This document shows positions 26,069-40,381 of a DNA stretch of 64,000 bases, piece after piece. The notes under the pieces are model-generated. The model worked only from the letters and a program-made list of their open reading frames with translations, did no database searches and was not told where the DNA came from. Both the position numbers and the translations under genes were made by a program. The stretch is from contig CDLV01000020.1 of NCBI GenBank assembly GCA_001244265.2, positions 310,001-374,000 of the forward strand, given 5' to 3'. Origin of the DNA: Microbotryum violaceum. Lineage: Eukaryota. The number at the start of each line of letters is the position of its first letter. Position 1 is the first letter of the stretch.

Positions 26069-26785
26069 GATGACGACGGTGTGTGGGCTTGGCAGAGGAG
26101 GGGGATGCGGGCTAGGCGCAAACGGGTGGAAGCTTCGAGTGGATGCAGTCTGGTAGAGCGGCCAGAGACAAAGGTTGAATGCAGGGGATCCCCGGTCCAA
26201 CAGTCCGGCGAGACCGAACTCTGGTCAGGAGCGGGCGGGCGCGCTCGCTCGAAACCGTTAAGTGGGGGGGCCCCGGCCTTTCATTAACGCGGTCAGTGAT
26301 CGGCAGCTGAGGGCGCCATGACTGACTTGGACTATGAATGCTCTGCCACAGCTTACACACTTTTCTCGATCTCTCGATCGCTAGGTCTCTTCTTGGGAGC
26401 GTGGTTGAGAGGTTCTCATTCGCCGGAAGCTGAGGAAAATTGAAGCTGACGGTCATCAGAAACTCGTTCGGCGTTCCCTTATGTAAAGAAGTTGCGCAGC
26501 GTAAGCAAATGCCAAGGCCGGCGCGATATATGATCGCAACCCTGCTGGAGTTCCTATCTTCTGCGATTCAAAAAGCAAACAGAACGTTTGCGAGTTTTCC
26601 CGCAAGTCGCCGTTTCGAAAAAGTCATTTGCCGAAAAGTGTCAAAATTCAGCGCCCCGCCCGCCGAATTATGCCCGACGCCTCCTCTCTATCGTCCCAGC
26701 CACGTGTTGTTACGGCTCCTCCGTCCCCGGTGACCCATATTCCCCCCTCCCTTCCGCTCCTTCTCTGCAGATTGGTCCGAGTGCC

Positions 26786-28650
26786 ATGGCATACGAATAT
26801 GACACCAAGGCCGTGTTGCTCGATGTGAGTAGGCGGAGGTGCGGCGCAGGTGGTGTCGTGTTCCGTCTGTCTTGGCGTGTTGTATGACCGGCGTGCGCGC
26901 GGGAATCTGCCACGCGTCTTACAAGCCGTGATCCGCGCGTGTCATCCTTCTGCAAGGGTCAAGAAGCAAGAACCAGGCCGGTAGGATCCCCCCCGGAATA
27001 CTGACCCCCGTCGTCTGGGCCGTGGACTCGCTTCTAGTTGATGAAGGATGGCGAGAACAAGCTCTGCGTCGAGTGCGCCACGCCTCATCCCCAGTGGTCA
27101 GTCGATGCAGTTCCACCCGGTCCCCCATTACAGTTCATCTTTTGAATGCTGAATCATGCCCCCCCTCCCAGGTGCTCGCTCTCGTACGGCACCTACCTGT
27201 GTCTGTCCTGTTCCGGGATCCACCGCTCCCTCGGCGTGCACATCTCGTTCGTGCGCTCCACCTCGATGGACAAGTTCACCCCGGCTCAGCTGGGACGGAT
27301 GAAAGCAGGCGGTAATCTAAAGTGGAGGCAATGGATCGAGGCTAGCCCAGAGTACGAGAAGGGGATGTCGATTCCTGACAAGGTTCGTTCCCGGCCGGCG
27401 TGTGGGATTTGACTTCTCTCTCCTCACGGTGGGGGGAAGCCCGCCCGTCCCAAGGGGAGCGTAACAAAACGAACGCAGCTGACGAACCGGGTTTTTCTAA
27501 ACCACAGTACAATACTCACGCGGCGGCACAGTTCAGGGATAAACTCTTGGCCGAAGCCGAAGGGCGATCGTGGTCCCCGGCCGACACGCCCGCACCCGTC
27601 GCCTCGAGCTCGTCCTCTTCGAACCAGACCGGCCTCCGTAAACCACGGACCAACATCCCGATTCGGGGAGCATCCCCTTCTGCTTCATCCGATACGTCCT
27701 ACAACCAACCTCGATCCGAATACGCCGCGTCGAACGATCAACCACCTGACCAAAGAACGATGAACGAGACCTACTTCTCCCGTTTGGGAGCCGCGAACGA
27801 TTCCCGACCCGAACATCTTCCCCCTTCGCAAGGTGGTAAATACGCGGGATTCGGATCGGGTGGTCCGGCGTTCACACCTTCGCAATCGACGAGCTCAAAG
27901 GCTCTGCCTTCGTTCGATGATCTGAGGGATGATCCTGGTTCGGCCTTGTCGAAAGGGTGGGGGTTCCTCGGTTCGGCTTTGGCTCAAGTCGGTCGAACGG
28001 TGCAAGAGAACGTCCTACAACCGACGTTGGAGAAAGCCGTTGATCCCAACTTGCAATCCCAGTTGAGCGGCTTCGTATCTAAAGCGGGGAACGTATTGGG
28101 TGAAGCGAGTCGAACGGGTGGTGGTTACCTTGCTTCGGGGTTGCAAACGAGTTCACAGTACTTGAAGAGGGAGGTCGGTGTCGATGTAGGAGATATGGGA
28201 GCTGGCTTCGTCGATCGGGCTACGGGAAGAGGCGCGGGGCAAGGTTATGTTCAAGTTGGGGGACATCAAGCACCCGAGGGGACTGAAGATCACGAGGCTG
28301 ATTTCTTCAATGAGCATATGGGCTCCTTCGCTTCACCTTCAATTACTTCGGCGAACCATAATGCGTATGGTGCTAATTCGAGGAACGAGTCTTCGTCGTT
28401 TGGGGATGAACAGGGTCAGGATTCATGGGCCAAGATGGCACCCTCGGCCACGGCAGCGAGGTCCGGAGGCGCCGTTTCGGCGGGCTCGAACGGGGGTGGA
28501 AGGAATTCGCCTGCTTTGGCCGTACCGGTGGTCACGGGGTCGAGGGGCTTGACAAGAACGCCTTCACCTAGGGGTGGGGCGAGTGCGGCGACGAAACCGG
28601 TGGCGGCGGCTGCACCGAAAAAGAAGGACGACGATTGGGACGAGTGGTGA
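26786..28650 (+). CDS. GCS1: ADP-ribosylation factor GAP, Gcs1/ArfGAP1 type
   Basis: CVEC..PQW..CLSCSGIHRSLGVHISFVRS, HLPPSQGGKYAGFG, C-terminal DDDWDEW. Confidence 0.92.
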
Positions 28651-28920
28651 TCAGTGGGGGGAGGGGAATATGATAAAAGCTCGATAGAAGAAGGCTTCGA
28701 TTGGTCTAGTCGGGGAACGGAAGGATTGTTTTATCCTTTAATGAAATGACACGCATAGAAGACGATTTTTTCTTCTTTGGCAACGACATTCTTTCTGATC
28801 TCCCTCTACGGGTGAATTGTACTACACAACATCATGAATTGCACTACTTTCGACTTTTGGAGTGGCTTTGCTACAATTTGGCATCTTCTGTCCGTGCGTG
28901 CCTCAGCGCCTATGATCTGA

Positions 28921-31321
<2,401 letters not shown>

Positions 31322-32305
31322 GGATCGTCGATTGCGACGTCCTCGCGCTGAGAGCTAAGGACGATTACGACGACGACGACGACGCCGACGGTCGGAGCGA
31401 GACGAGGGAAGACGAGAGAAACGAGCCGACGCCAAGCCGGTCCGCTCGCCCTTTCTAAAGACCCGGCCCTGACTCGGCCGTGGCTTTTGCCCTCGCCAAT
31501 CCGGGATCAGCTGATCAGCGGAGCTATTATTGTCAGATCTAAGCGTTTTTCTTGGGGACTACTTTCTTTCTCATCCGTCGAGGGAAGTCAGTCTAATGCC
31601 GGGCCGTCTTGCAGAACGGAATGAGGTGTCGACCACCGAGTCAACGATCGGACTTGGGGGCCTTAAAAAAGGTGCAGGAGTCAAAAAAGGGGCTCAAGTC
31701 GATGGGCAGCCAACGACTTTTCGGTTGCCGAATCAGGACTTTCGACTGCCTATCCGCAGAGACCTCCGCAAAGACCGGAAGTCGCCGACGGCCGGGGGCA
31801 GCGAGCCGTGCTTTGTTTTCTGGCTTGACCCGACGACGATCAAAATTAGGAGTCAAAAGGGACCGCCTCTAGCTTCAAAGAACTAAAACCTGCTCGAGAC
31901 GTCCGGTCAGGAGCGTTGGAATCACTCACCCGGCGCTCACCACTTCTCCGCCGGCAACGAGCGAGTCATTTCCATCTCCGAATCCTCGCCCGGCGCGGGT
32001 TCGGCCCCTGGCAGAATCGCTTGTTCAACTTGGCCTGCCCGAGTCCGGCGGTCGGACCATGTTGTGCCGGAGGGGTACGCCGCTTTTTAAATACATCCTT
32101 CTAGCACCGAGTTTGTTATAGAGTCAGTAGGTACGGTGCCCCGCACTCGATCGCCCGCCTAAATGCGGAGTGCCGAGTTTATACTTTCAAGAGTCGCTCG
32201 GCCGAGCGGTGCCGTCGTCGATGACGTGAGCGCTCTCTCTGCGCGCGAGCGAGTCTTCTTTGCGCGTTCACAGCCCATCCTCCGCAGGCGCCGACACCGG
32301 ACAGA

Positions 32306-34842
32306 ATGAACGTGGCTTTGACGAGCCATCTCGTACCGGAGCACGCCCCACTGCCGCTCGAGTCAAGGTCGCTGTGGGTCGTGCACGCGACGGTGACGGG
32401 CACCGCGAGTGACGTCGCGGAACGGATCGCGCGTCGAGGCGTGCGAGCAGGTTGGCACACCTCGGTCAAGCACGTCTCACAGTTTGAAAAGGTGTGTTCA
32501 CTCTGGCTCTTGATATCCGGTTTGAATTGAGCTTGAATGCTGAAGCGTTACGAGCGCATTTCCATTTCCGTCTGACCCGGGAGAGCAGACCGAATTGCTC
32601 GAACTGGGTTTGATCGTCTTTGTCGTGCCTACGACCGGCAACGGAGCCACACCACCTTGTTTCCTACCTCTATGGACATCCCTACTCCATCCCGAGCTAC
32701 CACGGGACTTTCTCCAGGATCTACGGCAAGTCCCTGCCCCCATCATTGTACTGTTCCCCCGGCGGCTAATCGAAGCGCTCATTTCGCTGACGGATCTTCT
32801 TCTGCCCCTCAGGTATGCCGTCTTTGCATTGGGCGATTCGAGTTATGCAAAGTACAACTGGGCGGGCAAGAAGCTGTCGAGGAGGTTGGACAACCTTGGC
32901 GCGACCGCCGTCGTCGAGCGAGGCGAAGCCGATGATCAGAACCTGTGGGGGTCAGTCAAGTAATCGTTCTGAAACGAGCCCAAATAGTGTAGGAATATAG
33001 TCTCTGATGCGCTGTCCATCGTGTGACAGGGTCGAGTCGACGTTTCCCTCGTGGCTCGAACGCTTCTACCAAGCCATAGACCCCTTGTTCGCCCCCGCAC
33101 CGCACTTCAAACCCCTCAGCATCGATGACGTCCCACCTCCACGAATCAGGCTGACCAAAGTCAACCCCAACCACGAGCACGCCGTATCGAAGGAAGCTTT
33201 ATCCTGGGCGAACGATGCGAGATGGGCCAAGGTCGTCGAGATCAAGAGGACCACTCCGGAGGATTGGTTCCAGGACGTGAGGAAGTTCGAAGTCGAATTC
33301 GTCAAAGATGAATTGTCAAAGTGGGATGACGAGGCAATCAGGTGCGTATGCTAGAACAGCGATCGGTCGGATATGGGGAACCTGAACGTCGAATTCTTCC
33401 CGTGTGGGTACAGATACTCCGCTGGGGACGTGCTTGAAATTCGACCGCAAAACTCGCCAGAAGATGTCGATCGATTCCTTTCGTCGGCGGGATGGACTGA
33501 GCTCGCTCATCAGCCCTTTCGGCTCGAGGCCTATAACGAGAGTGCGTTCTTTTTTTTATAAAAGAAAGGATGTTGTGGGCTTCGACTGACTCATCATCGA
33601 CCGCCCAAAACAGACCGACCTCTCCCTTCGCATTTCCCACAGCCGTTCATCACGACCCTGCACTACCTCTTGACTTACGAGCTCGACATATCGGGCGTGC
33701 CGAGACTATCCTTCTTCGAATGGCTAGCTCATTTCAGCGAAGGGGACATGAAGGAGAAGCTGCAATTCTTCTGTACCGGCGAGGGGCAGGTGAGCAGTTG
33801 GCGCGTTCACAAGTCCTCGATGTTTCCTGGCTGAGCGAGGGCGAGGATTTTGACCGCAGGACGACTTGAACGACTACACCTTACGACCACGACGAACGAT
33901 CAACGAAGTCATGTACGAATTTCGCTCGGCCAAAGTCCCCATAGAATACATCCTCGACCTCCTACCGCCTCTAAGACCGCGAGCCTTCTCAATCGCAAGC
34001 ACGCCCGAAGCCCATCAAGGTCACGTCGAGTTGCTCATCGCGATCGTCAAATACAAAACCAATATGTCGACGCCTAGGAAGGGGGTATGTACGAGTTGGT
34101 TGGCGGGTAGGGAAGTAGGGGAGAAGATGTGGGTCAGATTCGATCGAAGTGGGTTGTTGAGGTCCCCTGTTAAGAGAGGGAGACCCTTGATCATGGTTGG
34201 GCCCGGCACCGGGGTCGCGCCTTTTAGGGCGTTAATGGAGGAGAGGATACGAGAGGGAGCGAAAGGTACGTCGGCACGTTTGAGGCGCATAATCTCCGCT
34301 TTCGTAGGGGAATATCCGTAAAGTTGACTTGCTTTTTCGTGGGGCTTTTCTTCGTAGACAATATGCTCTTTTTTGGGTGTCGATCCCTCGCCAATGATTT
34401 CCATTTTCAAGCCGAGTTCAGTCAGATGCGCGATCAAGGCTTCCTCAAGTTGATCACAGCCGCGAGTCGAGATCAGGTACGCCAAGCCACACCCGTCATC
34501 ACAATGCTCGACTATTTTTTTAAAGGCATACTGATTGCGACGTACATCCTACAGGAGGACAAGATCTACGTGCAACACCTCATCCCATCGCAATCGGCGT
34601 TGATATGGGATTGGATCCACCAACACCGCGGTTCGATTTACATCTGCGGATCGTCGACCAACATGCCCAAGAGCGTCAAAAAGGCCTTCCTACAAGTCTT
34701 CATACAGAACCAAAGCGAAGGGGAGGGGGAGGGGAGCGATAAAGAGAATGAGGAGGAGAAGAGACGGGTGGACCAGAAGGCTGAGGCGTGGTGGGAAACG
34801 CTCGAGAAGGAGGGGAGGATCGTCGAGGAGACTTGGGGATAG
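32306..34842 (+). CDS. TAH18: NADPH-dependent diflavin oxidoreductase 1 (Tah18/NDOR1)
   Basis: Flavodoxin TTGNG, FALGDSSYAKYNW..KKL; FQDVR; PRAFSIAS; GPGTGVAPFR; FFGCR; C-terminal ETWG. Confidence 0.93.
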
Positions 34843-35404
34843 AAGTGCAACTCCTCATGTTATCAAATGAAGTGCAATAAACGCTGCATAGACACAACAG
34901 TTCGTCATGAGACACACCGCATCAATATAAGAGAAGAAGAAGGGCGCGCTCGCGCGTGTATGTGTGTTGCAAGGTTGGATCGACGAACGAGGTACTACAG
35001 GCAAAGAGGTCCAAGACGGAAGAGAGGAGACGGAGAAAAAGAACATCTGCAGGGGTCATGGTACATGCATACAGTGAGTCGGTAGCCAAAACAAGGTTTC
35101 TCTCAAGAAAGGAGCAAAGCGCCAGCGATCGGATCTGCGAAGCAGAGGAAAGCGTCGTGTATCGAAAGAAGCGGGCGGGCACAAGCGAGGGCAGAGACTA
35201 AGGGGGACTTGCTACACACAAGCGGGTCAATGGTATTACGAGTCGTAAGTAAGTAGGTGGGGACAGGATGCTGCGTGGCGGTTTGTGCAGTTCTGGACGT
35301 AAGGTGGGGAAGTTCGTCCGTGTAAGGAGTCCCAAAAAGCGGGGTGGGTACATCGTGAGTCAGCAAGACGGGAATGGCGAGAAGGTTGGACGCGGATTTT
35401 GGTG

Positions 35405-37610
35405 TCAATATCGGTGATATTGCTCATCCTGAAGCTGAGGTTGGTGAGGGTGGAAGGCGTAAGGCGATGTCGTTTCCCTGACCGAGCTCGATAGCCCTGA
35501 CAGCGAACTGCGGCGTTTGTCACCGGGCGTGGGCGGAGCGTTCGCGAACATCGCATTGCCATTCCCTTTCGATGCAGCGGACTTTTTCGATGCCTTAGGC
35601 TGCACAGATATGGAAAATAGAATGAGGAGTCATCAGTTGACGTGTCGTCCATTTCGTGGGTGAAGGTTCTGCGCACCTTGATCTTGGTCAGGTCACACGT
35701 TCGATGCGGCGAGTCGCGGAAGAACAGGGGATGCATAAATCCATTGTAGTCCGAAACCCGAGCAGGGTCTTCATTCGATGGGAGACATTCGACCAGCTCC
35801 ATCGTCGAGAGGCGAGTGAAGGAGTCTGTGAATATGATACTGGGTTCAGCGCGCTGTGCAGACATTGCTCCACGGCCGCACAATAAGGTCGCTTACAAAT
35901 GTTCAGTTGGCGAACGAAGGAGTGGATGTTGCCGTGACGGAAGATGCGAGTGAAAGCCTCGAGAAGTTCTGGCGACGAATGCGCAAATGTGAACTTGTCA
36001 CCCTGCAAACACGAAGCCGATCGTACAAAATGTCAGGGCACGCTGGCTGCGGTGGGCCCACATCGATTGCACACTAACCTCATCGTTCCATCGTATGAGA
36101 TGACGATAGTCCTCGTTCGAGAGCAAATGCGAGAGCTTGCTGATAAAGGGCTGTGCAATTTCAGGTCGAAATTAAGTGAGTATTGGCTCAACATGCGCAA
36201 AAGGGGGCAGAAGCGGACATACCGTCGTAGACTCCTTTCGTTCCTCATCGCTGCCGGTGCTTCGCTCGCCCGGCGGACTGTGGCGCGGGCGTAAAGGGAT
36301 CGGTGGCGATGACAGAAGGGGAACAGACATCCCCGAAGCAATTGGGAGGTACTGTGCCCCACTTTGCGCCATGATTCCTTCCTCGTAAGTGCTGTAACGC
36401 GGTGCGGCGGAGAACACCCCCCAGCGTTTGCAAATTTGTTCGCCGAGCTCGGACCCCAGTGCTGGTTCACACTCGGCGAATATACCGCGGTGGGCCCTGA
36501 CGTTATCGCATTCGGTTGATAAGGGCGGTCGAGAATCGGGGACAACGTCGACCAGCTCGACGTGACCGAAGAAGACGACGAAGAGCTCGGTCTCGCGTAG
36601 TGGACCAGCTGGGCCGTTGCCGGATAGAACTGCTGCTGTCGAGAGGTCGGCGATTCGCCGGATCTCGCGGACATGGCCAACGTCGGCGGAACGTGGTGGG
36701 AGAAGCCGACGGCACTCGTGTCGTGTTGTTGCTGTTGTAGATGTGAAAGCGGATAAGAGTGTTGGTAGATGCCATGAATGTCATGTTTTTGCATTGACGA
36801 GTTGCGTGACGCGCTCAAGATCGCTGACTGTTGGAGCGTTTGAATTGTTGGCTCATCGGGGTGCGAAGAGGCGCCAGAAGATGGCTGCTGCAAGGAGGCG
36901 CCAACGGTCGCCACGCGCGCCGGCCCAGCGGTCGAGAACGGGTCGTCGGAGCCGATGGCGCACGCGAGATGCGCGCTTTCGAAGTTGGGATGGCTCATTC
37001 GAGGTGGGGAGGCATGCGGAGGGAGGAGTTCGAGTGGGTTGTAAGGTCGGTAGGTTCCACGGTCAGCCATCGGCCCCGGCCTCGCCCTTGGCGTGCTACC
37101 ACCGGTACTGCTTGCCGGCGATCCCGGATGCATGGGGGACGTGCGAAAATTCGGCATCGATTGATGGTGATGTAGAGCCGGCGAGTAGTGCTGTTGTTGG
37201 TGCTGTGGCTGCTGTTGTTGTTGTAGGTATTGTGGCTGTTGGTACGGCTGGTGTGACGGGTGCTGCTGACTGTATGCGCGAGATGGTAAAGCATGTCGCT
37301 CATCGTGGGCAGAGAGAGGCACCATCTGTAATGGCCGGTGCTGGTCGTGGTGTTGTTGTTGCTGTTGCTGGTGATGCTGGTGACGTTGATAAGAATCGGT
37401 GTCACCAGACCCATCCCGGGCTTGCTCGGTCGAGCCGGGCGGCCAGCCAGCGGCTGTTGCATGCCCGGGTGCGGGTGCAGCACCTGTCACCCCACTTGAC
37501 CCGGCCGACGGCGGTGGCGGCGGTGGTGGCGCATGGGCAGCTGTCGGAGCCGACTGCGGCACGGCGCTCGCGTCGGCGCTGGCGCATGACGTAGGCCCGT
37601 GCTCGTCGAC
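35405..37610 (-). CDS. HSF-type DNA-binding transcription factor, domain C-terminal; apparent frameshift; 5' end uncertain (further exons may extend to about 38300)
   Basis: Spliced PFISKLSHLLSNEDYRHLIRWNDEGDKF...FRHGNIHSFVRQLNIYSFTR...FMHPLFFRD..DLTKIK, preceded by a long Q/H/S/P-rich region. Confidence 0.8.
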
Positions 37611-39874
37611 TGCAGTATGATTTTATCGCAGCAAAGCAAGCGAGCCCCAAAAAGGACCATGTGGAAGCAAAGTCAGTTCGTTCGGTTCAACAAAGTTCCC
37701 CCATGCGAGTCAATCGCACTCACCCCAACTTGGTCTACGATGATCGAACCCACTCGGCGGCGTCGATGGATTCGATGGTACTACAGCTGTTGTGAGCAGT
37801 CCCAGAGCAGCAGCAATCCAAGACGCGGGACAGGCGTCCGCAGAGCGCATCCGGCGAGAAGGTCGCGCGCGGTCGGCGGCGAAATGTGGACAGGATCATA
37901 GACACGCGGGGTGGGGGGCAGTCAAGGCGGAGAGAGAGCGTTCGCAGCATCAGCATGAGATACACTTTAACGAGATGATGCCACAATACAAGCACTCACG
38001 CATCACATGCCACGGCGTCTGTGCAAGAGCAAAGGGAGGGGTGCAGAGGGGAAAGGCCAAGGAGATGCGAGGAGAGAGGCGCACAAGTCGAGAAGATGAG
38101 CTGGGGTTTGCTTCAACGAGGACCGAGCGCCGACATCCAGGCTTTGAGCTAAACGAGCCTACATTCTTCTCTTGCTTCTGCCCCATTAGCATCATCGTCT
38201 GCGGCGGTTGTCTGCCCATCATCTCGTCTCCTGAGCGATTAAGTGATCTGGTAACTGTGTTCGCCTCCCGTCCATCCATGGGGGTATGTGGTGCTTGGTC
38301 CCTGCTATTGAACGACGACATTATCGGCGGGTCATGAGCCGGCCGCGCCGCGCTAGGACGCTGGTCGTCCCAGCTGGTGCCTGAACGTGCTTGGGCAAGC
38401 CGAGAGACGTCCAGCTGTGTGCCTGAACGGCGTTGCTCTTTGAGAGAAGGCCAGTCTGTGCCTGCAGAAGGTGGTGTGCACAGAATCTGGGAGGGGTCGT
38501 ACGTACTGGACTCAGGGTGGGGGTTTTGGTATGAGCTGTACAGATCTGTCAAACTGGTGATCGTCGAGCCAGATAGGGAGGTAGCGGTCTGGATGATCGC
38601 AAGTCCAAGCAGGGAGCGTGAGCAAGAGAACACGCGAGATGGAGTTTGGAACACAAGGCGGCCAGAGTCCATCCGTGGACTTTTCAGCTCTGCACCTGCC
38701 CTATGGCAAAAGGAAAAAAGGCACGCGATGAGGTATGATCGGAGAAATCCAAGACTCGCGGTCTTGCGGTAAGCCCATGCGAGATTTTTCGAGTCCTTCA
38801 CTGCGAAAACCACGGTGCGTGAGACACCTCGAGAACGGGGAAGGTGCGAGCGGCTCGGCTCGAAGTTTATCCCCCAGCTTGGGGCGGAGTGCGAGCCACG
38901 TCAATCGGCGAGGAATTGTCCATCGATTATTCGCGGATCGATGGCGGAGCCTGTGCACCGCCACAATCTTGCCGGAGCTACCTACTGTACCAACTTGGGA
39001 CTATTAGTGGTCTCAACACTGGCCCACGATGTTGTTTTTAGGTACGAGAGCGACAGCCGGGACCTGCCGAGGACTGCGCCGGCCGACCTTGCCACTGAAA
39101 CTGACCCACGCTGAGAGGCGCCTGTCCCGACGTCACCAACTGGCGAGGGGTTATCTTGGGCCCTGCCTGCCGCGATTGGTGACGGCTGTGACTCGTCCCT
39201 ATCGATATCAATTGTCGTACGTGGTGTTGTTTGTGCTATAGCCTCATAGGCAAGTAATTTGGCCGTTTGCCGTTTTCTCATAAATCGACATGTGATGCCG
39301 GGCAGCGAGGTTCTCGCCTGAATATCACCGGTTCGTGATCGTCGGTCTATAGGGGCCATGTATGGGAACGATCTCGTGGCAATGCTCCTCCTCACGGCGC
39401 CTTCCATGTTGATGGAATACCTCAGATACCTTGCTTTGTTATAGGATCTTATCGGCAGGAATTGTTTCCCCGTCAAGGCATCATTCATCTTCATCTCTCG
39501 AGAGGCAGAAACGGGAGAACTTGGTCCCACTCGGATAATTGTTTTTCAGTACTGCTCGCCACCACATTCAGCCAGGAGGATCAAGTCTTGCCATTAGTTA
39601 TTGACCCATTGCTTTTCATGTGTCGTCTCTTGTCGCTCCTGTCGCTCTGCAGAATCCTCATTGTGCGCATGCAAAACCAGCGCCTGCGAATCGATCAGTG
39701 GGACGTACTCGTTCGCGAGTTGCCGACCGGATGACCCTGCTCGCATACTCTCCGACACGACCGGCTGTTGAGTTTCTGAGCCCCACTGGTTGGGCCATAT
39801 TGCCAAAAAAACTCAGATGCAGGTACTAGAGTAGCTTTAAACCCCGATTTTTCGACCCTGAACCCGAGCCATTC

Positions 39875-40381
39875 ACTCGGCAACGGCGCGGCGCCTTGGC
39901 TGTTTACGGGCGCGGGTCACGTGCCTGCGGACTATCTTGGCCACGCGATTCGCCGGTTGAACACTAGCCGGGTGGGACCATTACTTGTTATAGTAGGCAC
40001 CGTGTAAGGTCCTCTGTGTCAGGTCTGCTTTTGAAAGATGCTCGGATCCATCCGGGATGCGATGATGTCCTCAATTTAACCAACACACCGGACAGAAACT
40101 GTAAAAGTACTTCGCACATTTAATTGCCTGCCGCTCACTACTCAGCAACGGCGCGGCGCCTCGGCTGTTTTACGGGCGCGGATCACGTGCCTGCGGACTA
40201 TCTTGGCCACGCGATTCGGCGGTTGTACACTAGCCGGGTGGGACCATTACTTGTTATAGTAGGCACCGTGTAAGGTCCTCTGTGTCAGGTCTGCTTTTGA
40301 AAGATGCTCGGATCCATCCGGGATGCGATGATGTCTTCAAAGTAACCAATACTCCGGATCGATAAAAGTACTTTAATTGCC
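39875..40381. repeat. Two-copy tandem duplication, period about 265 bp, non-coding
   Basis: CAACGGCGCGGCGCC...GATGCGATGATGTC begins at 39881 and 40146. The first ~190 nt differ at only a handful of positions. Confidence 0.95.

Noticed and set aside
26825..27038. Intronic snoRNA in the long first ArfGAP intron
   Set aside because: No canonical C box (RTGATGA) or H/ACA arrangement. CTGAC is explained as the branch site.
36617..37594. Long antisense and alternative-frame ORFs (e.g. 325 aa here; 12631-13424, 46155-46652)
   Set aside because: Shadow ORFs opposite real GC-rich genes, with no recognisable domains.
39881..40381. Tandem 5S rRNA genes or HDV-like ribozymes
   Set aside because: Neither strand matches 5S conserved segments. 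The pseudoknot-like pairing lacks the HDV L3 (UYCxCGY) and J4/2 consensus.
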